Source of the DNA: Reclinomonas americana ATCC 50394
Taxonomy: Eukaryota
DNA length: 36,483 nt
Direction of reading: 5' to 3'
Assembly (NCBI GenBank): GCA_048213135.1
Contig: PS015230.1
Span: 50,347 to 86,829 of the forward strand
Shown: positions 11,325 to 23,012 of the stretch, in pieces
Layout: every line of letters begins with the position of its first letter
Numbering within the stretch: the first letter of the stretch is position 1
Notes under the pieces: generated by a model
Database searches by the model: none
What the model was told of the DNA's origin: nothing
Seen by the model: only the letters and a program-made list of their open reading frames with translations
Program-made: the position numbers and the translations under genes

Positions 11325-14300
11325 TGATCGTGATGGCGTCCTGTGAGCACGCAAGCAAAAGGGTGAGACAGTGATATCCACCAGCCTTCTTCTCCTGTGA
11401 GACTCACCATCGGGATCGGCTGGAGGGACGATCATAAATCACAGGCGCATGATCCAAGTCGCCAGCCGCATCGCCGGCCGCCAAGTGACTCGTGCGCCAC
11501 GGAGTACCGTCGCCGCCACCGCGCCCATCACGCGACGAGTGAGAGAGCGGGGTGATGACACGCTCATCGTCGTCGTCGTCACCATCGGCGACCATCTCCG
11601 TGGACGCGTCGGTGCCCGAGTCGACCGACTCGGCCGTCTCCGCCAGCGACTCAAAGTGCTCGAGTGGCGGAATGGACAGATCGAGTGGTGGTGGTGGCTC
11701 GTCGTCGTCCGGCGGCGCCACCATGAGCCCAGCTTGCCGTTGTCGGCGACGTAATTGCTCCTGTTGCATGGCCTGCACCTCGGCCGCGGCAGCAGCCACC
11801 GCAGCAATCTCCATGTCCATCTCGGCGGGCGACAGCAGCGCTTCGGGTGGTGGCAGAGGTCGCGAGGCGGGTGTGGCACGAGGCTTGAGACTCGAGTGAC
11901 TCGGTGCCACCGGCAGCGCCGGGTCACGAACCGTGGGCGGTGTTGGTTCGGCGGTGGTTCGTGGTGGTCGCTTGAAGGCTGGCGCGTCGGGCCCGTAGCT
12001 CCGCGGCGAGTCGATGCCAATGGAAAATGCAGCTTGCCGCCGTCGGTCGACTGCGTAGGGGAGTTGAGTGGGATACAAATGAAAGAGAATGAATGGTGAG
12101 AAATGAAATGCACGCAACAAGCTTCGCCACCAGTCGGCGTGCCACCTGCTCCACCATTGTCCCTGCCGACCGTACCATCTGCATTTCTGTCACTCCCGAA
12201 TCTGTTCTCCTGATCTCCACCGGCTGTCGGCGATGTCACATTGCCAACGGCGGCCAGCGACAATGGTGTGCCGGCCGACGACAGCGGTGAGCCGAATCGC
12301 GGCAACGAAAGCGGTTCGACACCCGCCGCCGACGCATCACGGACAGACGTTCGTGACGGCAGTCGCGGCAACAGCGCTGTCGACGACTGCGATGGTGGTT
12401 GCTGTGGTGGTTGTGGTGGCGGCGCACCAGTTTCCTCGTCGTACGCCTTCATGGCTGCATCGTGCACGGATCCACTCTCAAATTCAAACGTGGCCGGTGC
12501 GCCGAGAGCGGCGAATTCGTCAAGCAGTCTGAGGAGAGCATCAGCGACAAGTTAGTGCGTGCATGCGTGGCAGGGAGAAGAGAACGAGCGGCGGTGGTTT
12601 TCGCAACTTGCTTCGCTCAATCAAGCACCGAAAGGCGGCCTCCACCACGTACGGAGTGGCGGTGGCAAAGGTGATGCGAAAATCGGAAACGCGAATGTCC
12701 CACACGGTGAGGTATTTGGTCGCCTCGTCCACTTCGACTCGCAGGTCGCGGTGTATGGGGTTGGTGTGCGACAACTGGCGGGCCTTACGCGGCTTCGACG
12801 GACCGCAGCACCACCACGGCGCCACCTCCGAGGCCAGGAGGAGAGGGCTCTCCCAGAACGCGAATGTCGAGTCACCGCCCACACGCAACTCGGCCGGGAA
12901 TTCTTCCACGACCCGACCACCGTCGTAGAAAAACACGGTGGTCTCGCAGCAAAAGCCCTCGGCCACGTACTGCTTGAGCAGTGCGTAGTCGGCAGGGCGC
13001 AAGTGGCGTCGATTCACTCGCACCGGTAGTGGTGGAGGCCCCTCCAACGTCAGGTGGCGGCGTCCAAAAGACAGCGGCTGCGGGGTCGTTGACTCGGCCG
13101 TGTCGGCAAAGCGCACCACACTCCCGCTGCGGAACTGCGACGATGTCGGTCGTCGCGACATGCCGCCACCACTGGGTGACGCCGACGCAGGCGGAAACAT
13201 GGCCGTAGTCGCTGGTGAACCGGACCGATAGGAGCGTGGAACCAGCTGCGTCCCCGGACCCGACGACGGTAATGGTGGGCCTTGCTGCTGCTGCTGCTGC
13301 TGCTGCGGGCGTGAATGCTGCTGTGGCGGGGGCGGTGGTGGTGGTGGAGGTGCAGGCTGCATTGATGCGTGTCGATAGGTGCGCTCGTGTTCGAGGGGTG
13401 GATGTTGCAGCGGAGGATGTTGTGGTGCCCGCAGCAGTTGCTGCTGATAGTCACCGCCGTCGATGCCGGGTGTGTCGGCGGCTGGTGAGGCGACCGGGGC
13501 GCTGCCGGCGCGCAGAACAACGGCCTGTGCAGATGAAGAAAGTGAGCAAGAATGCGCAACATGAATGAGTTCTCCCCCACACGCGCGCTCACCCTCGGCT
13601 GCTGCGTCGGATTCGGTGTCGAATGCACAGGGCCGTGCACTCGCGGCGTCGGTCGATTGACACGAGCATGGTACGCTTCCGCGGCCTCCCGACGAGCGCG
13701 ATCGGCAGCCTCCTCCTGCTCCTGCCGCTGCTTCGCCTCCTGCTCCTCATTCAGCCTCTGCTGCAGCGCGTGTCGCTGGGCGAGCTTTTCGCGCAGCGAC
13801 GTCGTTCCCACGCCAGCAGCAGCAGCGATTCCCACACCAGCGCCACTGCCCGGTGTCGACACCGACATTGGCGACGCCGTCGCCTCACCCTCCGTGTCCG
13901 ACGACGGCAACGGCACGACGACCAGCGGCCGCGGTGCCGGCGAAATGCTCTGATCCCGACTGCTCACCGCCGTGTTACTGGCCGGTGTCTGCGCCGCTGC
14001 CATGGTCGACGAATGCCGGAACTTGGTCGACTCCAGCGGCGGATTCATCAGCACCGAAGCCGCCACCGTCGCCGGCGATGGCGTCACTTGCCCCGACGAC
14101 GGCGATCGATGCACCTGAAAAAAAAAACACCAGCGCTCAATCGATGCATTCACTTGCTCGACCCGGCGCATGCACATACCTTGCCACTGCGATTCGGCGG
14201 CGGTGGTGTCGGCGATCCGAGCACCGGCGACGCATCGGGTGGCGGTGGTGTCGTGCCCGCCGGCAATCGCATTCTCCAGCTCGCCTGCGCCGCCTGCTTC

Positions 14301-15406
14301 TTGGCCCGCACCTCACTCTTGCTGACCGGCACTGGTGGAGGCACTGGCGGTCCCGGCGGCGACGACTGCTGTTCACTGGCCTGCATGATCATGCGTCGCA
14401 CTTCGGCATCCTCCGGCACCTCATCATCATCATCATCAGCTGCATCTGCATTCTGCTCTCGTCGCCGCGGCTTCAACCGTCTGTGCAACCGCCGCTCGTA
14501 CTCCTGCAGAGTGGCCTCCACCTCTGCCTCCTCCACCTCAAGTCCGGCGTCTATTGCCGCCTGTCGAGCCTCCATTAGCTTGCGCATGCGTCGCTTGATC
14601 TTGCGACGTTTGCGACGGCGGCGATCGGCACGTCGCGCGGCCGCGGCAGCGTCGNNNNNNNNNNNNNNNNNNNNNNNNNNNNNNNNNNNNNNNNNNNNNN
14701 NNNNNNNNNNNNNNNNNNNNNNNNNNNNNNNNNNNNNNNNNNNNNNNNNNNNNNNNNNNNNNNNNNNNNNNNNNNNNNNNNNNNNNNNNNNNNNNNNNNN
14801 NNNNNNNNNNNNNNNNNNNNNNNNNNNNNNNNNNNNNNNNNNNNNNNNNNNNNNNNNNNNNNNNNNNNNNNNNNNNNNNNNNNNNNNNNNNNNNNNNNNN
14901 NNNNNNNNNNNNNNNNNNNNNNNNNNNNNNNNNNNNNNNNNNNNNNNNNNNNNNNNNNNNNNNNNNNNNNNNNNNNNNNNNNNNNNNNNNNNNNNNNNNN
15001 NNNNNNNNNNNNNNNNNNNNNNNNNNNNNNNNNNNNNNNNNNNNNNNNNNNNNNNNNNNNNNNNNNNNNNNNNNNNNNNNNNNNNNNNNNNNNNNNNNNN
15101 NNNNNNNNNNNNNNNNNNNNNNNNNNNNNNNNNNNNNNNNNNNNNNNNNNNNNNNNNNNNNNNNNNNNNNNNNNNNNNNNNNNNNNNNNNNNNNNNNNNN
15201 NNNNNNNNNNNNNNNNNNNNNNNNNNNNNNNNNNNNNNNNNNNNNNNNNNNNNNNNNNNNNNNNNNNNNNNNNNNNNNNNNNNNNNNNNNNNNNNNNNNN
15301 NNNNNNNNNNNNNNNNNNNNNNNNNNNNNNNNNNNNNNNNNNNNNNNNNNNNNNNNNNNNNNNNNNNNNNNNNNNNNNNNNNCGTATGTGGCATCCCACT
15401 TCCCAT
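11325..15406 (-). CDS. Low-complexity coding region with a ~120-aa globular (possibly PH-like) segment; likely the 5' part of the SPRY gene
   Basis: Long open frames are joined by phase-matched introns with donors at 14179, 13590, 12607, 12118 and 11407. The globular segment ~13000-12610 reads FCCETTVFFYDGGRVVEEFPAELRVGG...YLTVWDIRVSDFRITFATATPYVVEAAFRCLIER. The putative ATG at 15406 lies beyond a gap. Confidence 0.65.
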
Positions 15407-15477
15407 GGCATCCTCATCTCGATGCGAATCGATCTTGTCTTTGGGCACTTGTGTAGGTTCCGCGCACCAGTGCGAGT

Positions 15478-16468
15478 ATGGTGAGCCGCGAGCTGCGTGT
15501 GGGCCTCAAGGAGGTCTCACTGCATGATCGTAAGCGACACGCGCTTGATTCGGTGCGTGCACCTGTCTCTCCCAGACTGTCTCTCTGTTCTCTCTGATGT
15601 TGCTCGTGTGCAGTTGCGTGCGCACTTCCGAGCGCGTGTGGAGCAAGACCGTCGGCGCTTTGTGCAGCATGCGAGAGAGCGACGCCGTCGCTCGACGGAG
15701 AGCGGCATGCAGATGGAGACGGATGACTTTTTGCTGGAGTTCATGCAGGGAGCCAAGGCGCAAGGTCTCGTCCTTCTCTCCACCTCCTCTCCTTTGTTTG
15801 TCGTGGTGGGTGACGTTGTCTCGCAGAGTTGATGCAGGGCCTGTCGGCGGAGATGGAGACGGAGCTCATGTTGCAGCTCGAGGCGGAGGTCCTCGAGGAG
15901 ATGCAGGCGATGGAGCGGGAGCGGGAGCAGCAGATGGTGGAGGAGTACGAGTTGGCGGCGGAGATGGAACGCATGCGTATTGACGAGGCGGTGAAGGACA
16001 TGTTTGACACCACCACCCCGGATGTGGTGCGTTGTGCAGTGTGCACGAGTTGTTGTCGATAGTGGTTGCTCATTTGTTTTGGTTGGCAGGTCGTGTGCCC
16101 CGTGTGCACGCGCAATCCGGTGATGCAAGACGGCAGTCGATTGTTTTGCGCGTGCGGGTGGCGCATCAACACGGGAGTTTCGTGTGCTTTGTTGGCGTGC
16201 CCCCTCCGTTCTTGAGTCTCATGATTTCCCCTCAGATCGGCCCCGTGTCACTCGATGGTCTGCAGCGACAGCTCGTGACGGCGTATCACGCCCATGCGTT
16301 GCGTCTTGCTCCCTCCGACTTCGCCCCCTAACCCCCGTCCTCACCACTCCACACACACACAGCTCCGCGTGCCCGGCCACACCGTCGTTCGGCGTGGATC
16401 GAGGCATGGGCACCGAGTTCCTCGTTCTCCGATGCACACAGTGTGGAGCATTCGAAATCGTGGTGTGA
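15478..16468 (+). CDS. RPAIN: RPA-interacting protein (RIP/RPAIN) homologue
   Basis: Six exons. N-terminal LRAHFRARVEQDRRRFV, an acidic middle (ELMLQLEAEVLEE...EEYE), VVCPVCTRNPV..FCACG, and C-terminal HA..CPATPSF....LVLRCTQCGAFEIVV* match the RPAIN architecture. Confidence 0.85.
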
Positions 16469-16532
16469 ACACACCAAATCGTCACAAATATATTATTGTA
16501 CAGGAACGCTCATGATACAGTCACATGTTCTC

Positions 16533-18709
16533 TCAAATGGTGCTGGTGAGGAACTTGTACGACTGGTGAGCCGTCGGTGACCCGGCGCTTCTGCCGCTCT
16601 TTGTTTGGCCCAAAAAGGTGACAAGTGTGTCGGCGGCCACCACCTGCGTTTGTGGGGGTGAGCAAGCAGCAGAGGAACTATATGGATTGGCAGGCACACA
16701 CACACACAGACCAAATCATCTGCCTTCTCCGCCCACTTGTCGGGGCTTGTGAGGATTTTCTTGGTCAGGAAGAGAATGTCTGGGCGCACGCGAAGTGAGT
16801 CGACACGTGCAAATCCCTTGTCATCCTCCATCCACCTCCCTACCTTCATCGGTCTTGGTGGCCTCCGGGAGGGCATGCACGCGCTCCACCAAATCGTCCA
16901 GTNNNNNNNNNNNNNNNNNNNNNNNNNNNNNNNNNNNNNNNNNNNNNNNNNNNNNNNNNNNNNNNNNNNNNNNNNNNNNNNNNNNNNNNNNNNNNNNNNN
17001 NNNNNNNNNNNNNNNNNNNNNNNNNNNNNNNNNNNNNNNNNNNNNNNNNNNNNNNNNNNNNNNNNNNNNNNNNAGTAAAGGGATGTAAGGGGAAGGGAGG
17101 AGGGAGGAAGGGAGAGGGGAAGGGGGGAAAGGGATAAAGGGAGGAAGGGGGAAGAGAGGCAGGGGAAGGGGGAAGAGAGGAAGGGGAAGGGGGAGGAAAG
17201 GGGGAATGAAGGAAACGGGAAATGTGCCTCTCTCTCCGAGGAGACGCGAAGAAAAGAATCAGCAAGTGGAGAAAGAGACGTGCTTCAAACGAGGAAGGTG
17301 ACAATGCGCGCAATCAAGCTCTTCACGCGATCTCATCCTGCGTGAGAAAGAAATGCAGGCAAGGTCATGATCGCCACTCCATGGACAAACCCATGTCCTC
17401 ACTTCGATGTGCTGGAAGACATCGAGAGGAAAGAGGCAAAGCGAGAAAAAAAAAGGAGACGAAAGCGAAAGAGAAAAGACAAGAACGAGACGCCTCGCCT
17501 GGTCGCTTAGCAGGGAGTGAGAGAGAAGGGCAATGGCAACTCACTACGCGAATCTGTTCTTGTGTGCGCGAGAGAGACAAATTCGTGGCGCGCAGGAGCC
17601 ATGTCACGCTCTTCTTTCAGTCTCGAGTCCCACACACACACGCACCTTCATCTCCATATAACAGTTCAGATTGTACAAGTGAATCCAGCAGGCTGCCACC
17701 TGCCCCAGAATCGCCTTTCGCTCGTCCATCGAAAGCTAGCGGAGAGAGACAAGGTGAGCAATCTTGCATACGCGCGTTGACACCGAGCACAAGCAGTGCG
17801 CACTTGATCCTTGGTGCTGAGGTACTCCTCCAACGTCAAGCCGCCCCGCTCGACGACAATGTACCACCGCCCAGTGTCCTCGTCAAAGAACTTGTCAAGC
17901 AGGTTGGCCACCCACTTGGAGCGCAGCAGGCGGTACACCTCAACGTGACTGAAAAAAGAGAGGCAGCAAAAGGTGAGAAACGAGTGGAGAGATGCGCAGT
18001 GAGAGATACAGATAGTGCAAGGTAGGTGAGAGCAGTGCGGAGAGAGATCTCAGTGAGCGACACACGGTGATTAGCAAGTGATCAGTGCAGGAGGAACCCG
18101 GTGATAGATGAGTAAGACGCAGATGGTGAGCTGTTAGATCAGTGAGAAAGATACGCAGTGAGAGATCAGTGAGTGTGGCACACAGCGATCAGTGTGTGGT
18201 GAGTGTGAGAGCAGNNNNNNNNNNNNNNNNNNNNNNNNNNNNNNNNNNNNNNNNNNNNNNNNNNNNNNNNNNNNNNNNNNNNNNNNNNNNNNNNNNNNNN
18301 NNNNNNNNNNNNNNNNNNNNNNNNNNNNNNNNNNNNNNNNNNNNNNNNNNNNNNNNNNNNNNNNNNNNNNNNNNNNNNNNNNNNNNNNNNNNNNNNNNNN
18401 NNNNNNNNNNNNNNNNNNNNNNNNNNNNNNNNNNNNNNNNNNNNNNNNNNNNNNNNNNNNNNNNNNNNNNNNNNNNNNNNNNNNNNNNNNNNNNNNNNNN
18501 NNNNNNNNNNNNNNNNNNNNNNNNNNNNNNNNNNNNNNNNNNNNNNNNNNNNNNNNNNNNNNNNNNNNNNNNNNNNNNNNNNNNNNNNNNNNNNNNNNNN
18601 NNNNNNNNNNNNNNNNNNNNNNNNNNNNNNNNNNNNNNNNNNNNNNNNNNNNNNNNNNNNNNNNNNNNNNNNNNNNNNNNNNNNNNNNNNNNNNNNNNNN
18701 NNNNNNNNN

Positions 18710-18743
<34 letters not shown>

Positions 18744-19606
18744 CCGTGAAAGATTGGTGAAAGACTGGTGAGAGACACGGTGAGAGGCAAGCGAGATGCA
18801 CAGTGAGACACACGATGAGAGATCAGTGTGAGATCAGTGAGAGACACACACAGTGAGAGATCAGTGCGCGGTGAGAGACTGGTGAGACACACGATGAGTG
18901 ATAGGCGGGAGATCAGCGAGAGAGACACACAGTGAGAGATCAGTGCGCGGTGAGAGATCGGTGACAGATCAGTGAGAGGACGAGCTCTGTGTCGTACATG
19001 AGACGCAACATGTTCCACTCGTCTTCCGAGGTGTAAATGAGCAGCATGATGCGCGTGGGTTCCGATCGCGACACATCCGTGCCAAAGATGAGACGAGTGT
19101 CCTCGTGGATCGCATCAAACAGCTGAAACCTGCTCACATAACGAAGGAGAAGAATGAGGACATGAAGAGAAGATGATGAAATGATGATGATGTTGATGAA
19201 GGAGAAGGAGACGAAGGAGACGAAGGAGGAGGAGAAGGAAGAGAAGAAGAAGACGAGGAAGAAGAAGAAGAAGAAGGAGGAGGAGAAGACGAAGGAGGAG
19301 GAGGAGAAGTAGAAGAAGGAAGAGAAGACGAACAACAGTCATCAGCAACACTGCCTCTCTCTCACACACTCTCTCACACACACATGCGCCCACACGTGAC
19401 CTCTTCTTGAAGAGGACTTCAGGGCTGAACTCATGGCGATGATGCGAGGGCGCACCAGGCAACGAGGAGACGCTGATGAGTGAGGCATGAGACATGCGCG
19501 AGGAGGCCGAGACCACAGAGTGCGAGTCGCCTCCAGCGTGAGACGCGCCTGCGCTGTGCGAGGAAGCGGCGACGAGCGAGCGTGAGGAGGCGGCTGCGGC
19601 GGCCAT
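16533..19606 (-). CDS. Degenerate protein-kinase-fold (pseudokinase-like) protein; central exon structure partly unresolved
   Basis: ATG 19606. Spliced EWNIHVEVYRLLRSKWVANLLDKFFDEDTGRWYIVVERGGLTLEEYL...LSMDERKAILGQVAACWIHLYNLN resembles kinase subdomains III-VIa, but no HRD or DFG was found. The 3' exons LDDLVERVHAL../DILFLTKKIL../VVAADTL..STI* end at TGA 16535-16533. Confidence 0.55.
17074..17222. repeat. G/A homopurine low-complexity tract
   Basis: Runs of ggaagggg/gggagagg next to a gap. Confidence 0.8.
17990..18980. repeat. Degenerate intronic minisatellite (CAGTGAGAGATCAGTG-like units) on both sides of a gap
   Basis: Recurrent agtgagagatcagtg / gtgagagacacac units at ~18040-18200 and ~18770-18980, inside the ~1 kb intron of the kinase-like gene. 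Confidence 0.75.
19160..19335. repeat. (GAA/GAG/GAT)n purine-rich trinucleotide tract, intronic
   Basis: Direct reading of the sequence. Confidence 0.85.
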
Positions 19607-20316
19607 TGTGACGGAAAAATCGATTTGTGTGAGAGGCGCTGGTGGTTGTCCCGTGGGCGGTATTGATGCATGACTTCACGAGTGTCGGTTTTGGCATGCA
19701 AGTGTGATGCACGCCTCCAGCGGCTGCAGTGAAGGCCGTTGAGTTGAGCCCGTTGATTTCTCCTTGTAGTTGACCCTTGACGTCGATATCGATGCATTTG
19801 TCCTATTGACCTTGCGGTCGACCTCCATGCCACGCCGTGATAGCCGTCAATCCTCACTTACCGTGAAGTACCTGGCCAGCTGCGTTGTACATGCGTCGCA
19901 GCCTCCTGGCAACCAGAACCATTGTGTTGCTACTGCAGCATCAGCGTCCTTGTGGACACTTGTCGCATTATTGTAATGTTGGTGAATGAAGCGTTTTGTT
20001 TTGTTTGTCAGCGGCCACCCTGCTCCCTTGACACCGACGCTTGATCATTCCTCCAGCAGCAGCACGTGCCGATGCGGAAAGAGATGCCTACGTCGGTGCC
20101 CAATCTTTCGTCGGACTTGCATGCCCTCAACGCACTCTCGGACCTCGCCCTGGTTCTGGTCCGCTGTGCGTGCTCACGCCAGGAGAGCGGATACGCGCTC
20201 CACACCACACTTACTCTGTTCCCTCCTACTACTCTCCACCGTCGTCCATGATTCCACACCACCCACACTCGCAGCAATTCGTCCAGCAGTCTCATCCACC
20301 ACGAATTCTTTCCAGA

Positions 20317-20574
20317 CTACATTGGTGGCGGACCTGCATCGGTGTGGTGGTCGCCGATCATGTCGGCAACCACAGCGAGACTGGCCGTCTCGTGACCCGG
20401 CTGGCTCAAGTTGTGCAACTTTACAAAACCAGCCTTTTCCGCCTGCAGACAGCAAATGGTCAGGAGAAAGAACAACAGTCTCGCTTCCTCTCTCCCTCTC
20501 TCTGCGTGCAACAACAAGCAACAGCTGTCTTGATGGCCAAGTCCAAACATATAAACCAACACAAACACCAGTTC

Positions 20575-20663
<89 letters not shown>

Positions 20664-22977
20664 GTNNNNNNNNNNNNNNNNNNNNNNNNNNNNNNNNNNN
20701 NNNNNNNNNNNNNNNNNNNNNNNNNNNNNNNNNNNNNNNNNNNNNNNNNNNNNNNNNNNNNNNNNNNNNNNNNNNNNNNNNNNNNNNNNNNNNNNNNNNN
20801 NNNNNNNNNNNNNNNNNNNNNNNNNNNNNNNNNNNNNNNNNNNNNNNNNNNNNNNNNNNNNNNNNNNNNNNNNNNNNNNNNNNNNNNNNNNNNNNNNNNN
20901 NNNNNNNNNNNNNNNNNNNNNNNNNNNNNNNNNNNNNNNNNNNNNNNNNNNNNNNNNNNNNNNNNNNNNNNNNNNNNNNNNNNNNNNNNNNNNNNNNNNN
21001 NNNNNNNNNNNNNNNNNNNNNNNNNNNNNNNNNNNNNNNNNNNNNNNNNNNNNNNNNNNNNNNNNNNNNNNNNNNNNNNNNNNNNNNNNNNNNNNNNNNN
21101 NNNNNNNNNNNNNNNNNNNNNTCTCCTCCCCCTCCTCTCTCTCTCTCTCCTTCCCCCACTTCTATTCTCCTCCTCCATCATCTCACTTTGCCCGCACACA
21201 GTGCGAATGTGGTGCTGCGCTGGCGCTACGACGTGCTGATGGTGGCGCCGGATCTCACCGAGGTGCGCGCCACGCCGACGGCGACGCCGGTGACGCCGAT
21301 GATTGACTTTGCCGACTCGCCGTCGTCGTCGTACATGCGCTCGGACAGCATCATTCAGCAGCTGACGCCGGAGCTGTCGGAGCGCGTGAGTGTGTGGTTG
21401 AGTGAGGTCGGTGTCGACGGACCGAGTGGCGGCGGCGGCTACTTTACCGAGCTTGTCGATTTTCTCACCGAGGTATTGCTTCTTGCTTGCTGGCTCCTTC
21501 TCTTTGTGGCGAGGGCTCATTTTTGTGTGTGACGCAGCGCCAACAATGCGGCGAGCTGCTGGTGTTGTGGTCAGCTATTGGCTCGCAGATGCGACAGCGG
21601 AATCCGCTGATCTATTCGCGGCAAGGGTGTCGCAATTTGAAGGAGTATCTTGTGCAGGTGCGGAGGGGGAAGTGAGGAGGGGAGGGGGGGGGGGGGCGGG
21701 AGGGAGAGGGGGAAGGGAGGGAGGAAGGGGGGGAGGGAGAGGGGAGGGAGAGGAACCAGAGTCTCTCTCGCTGAATGAAAGGAAAGAGTCTCTCTCTGAG
21801 AGAAAGGAAGAAGAGAAAACAGTCTCTCTCGAAGAAAGAAAAAATGTAAGAAAGTCTCGCTCTGAAAGAAAGACGGACAGTCTCACAGAAAGAGAAGTGG
21901 GAGGGAGAAAAAGAGGGAGACGTGCAGAAATATCGGGAGAGAATATGAGAGAGAGAGAGACAGGGAGTTATGCGGTTCAGATCGCAGCTGTCGGCTTGCT
22001 TTGAAAGCGAACACACGCACACAAGAAGCCTGCCGCTGCCTTCAAGACTGGTGTTGCGAGAGAGAGAGAGAGAGTTATGCGATCCAGATCGCAGCTGTCG
22101 ACNNNNNNNNNNNNNNNNNNNNNNNNNNNNNNNNNNNNNNNNNNNNNNNNNNNNNNNNNNNNNNNNNNNNNNNNNNNNNNNNNNNNNNNNNNNNNNNNNN
22201 NNNNNNNNNNNNNNNNNNNNNNNNNNNNNNNNNNNNNNNNNNNNNNNNNNNNNNNNNNNNNNNNNNNNNNNNNNNNNNNNNNNNNNNNNNNNNNNNNNNN
22301 NNNNNNNNNNNNNNNNNNNNNNNNNNNNNNNNNNNNNNNNNNNNNNNNNNNNNNNNNNNNNNNNNNNNNNNNNNNNNNNNNNNNNNNNNNNNNNNNNNNN
22401 NNNNNNNNNNNNNNNNNNNNNNNNNNNNNNNNNNNNNNNNNNNNNNNNNNNNNNNNNNNNNNNNNNNNNNNNNNNNNNNNNNNNNNNNNNNNNNNNNNNN
22501 NNNNNNNNNNNNNNNNNNNNNNNNNNNNNNNNNNNNNNNNNNNNNNNNNNNNNNNNNNNNNNNNNNNNNNNNNNNNNNNNNNNNNNNNNNNNNNNNNNNN
22601 NNNNNNNNNNNNNNNNNNNNNNNNNNNNNNNNNNNNNNNNNNNNNNNNNNNNNNNNNNNNNNNNNNNNNNNNNNNNNNNNNNNNNNNNNNNNNNNNNNNN
22701 NNNNNNNNNNNNNNNNNNNNNNNNNNNNNNNNNNNNNNNNNNNNNNNNNNNNNNNNNNNNNNNNNNNNNNNNNNNNNNNNNNNNNNNNNNNNNNNNNNNN
22801 NNNNNNNNNNNNNNNNNNNNNNNNNNNNNNNNNNNNNNNNNNNNNNNNNNNNNNNNNNNNNNNNNNNNNNNNNNNNNNNNNNNNNNNNNNNNNNNNNNNN
22901 NNNNNNNNNNNNNNNNNNNNNNNNNNNNNNNNNNNNNNNNNNNNNNNNNNNNNNNNNNNNNNNNNNNNNNNNNNNNN

Positions 22978-23012
<35 letters not shown>

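Noticed and set aside
8440-14578. Long + strand ORFs opposite the SPRY/low-complexity gene (e.g. 10150-11346)
   Set aside because: They are antisense shadows of GC-rich coding sequence, and all splice signals are on the minus strand.
17990-18980. CRISPR-like or transposon interpretation of the CAGTGAGAGATCAGTG repeats
   Set aside because: The units are degenerate and irregular, with no unique spacers, terminal repeats or transposase, and lie within a eukaryotic intron.
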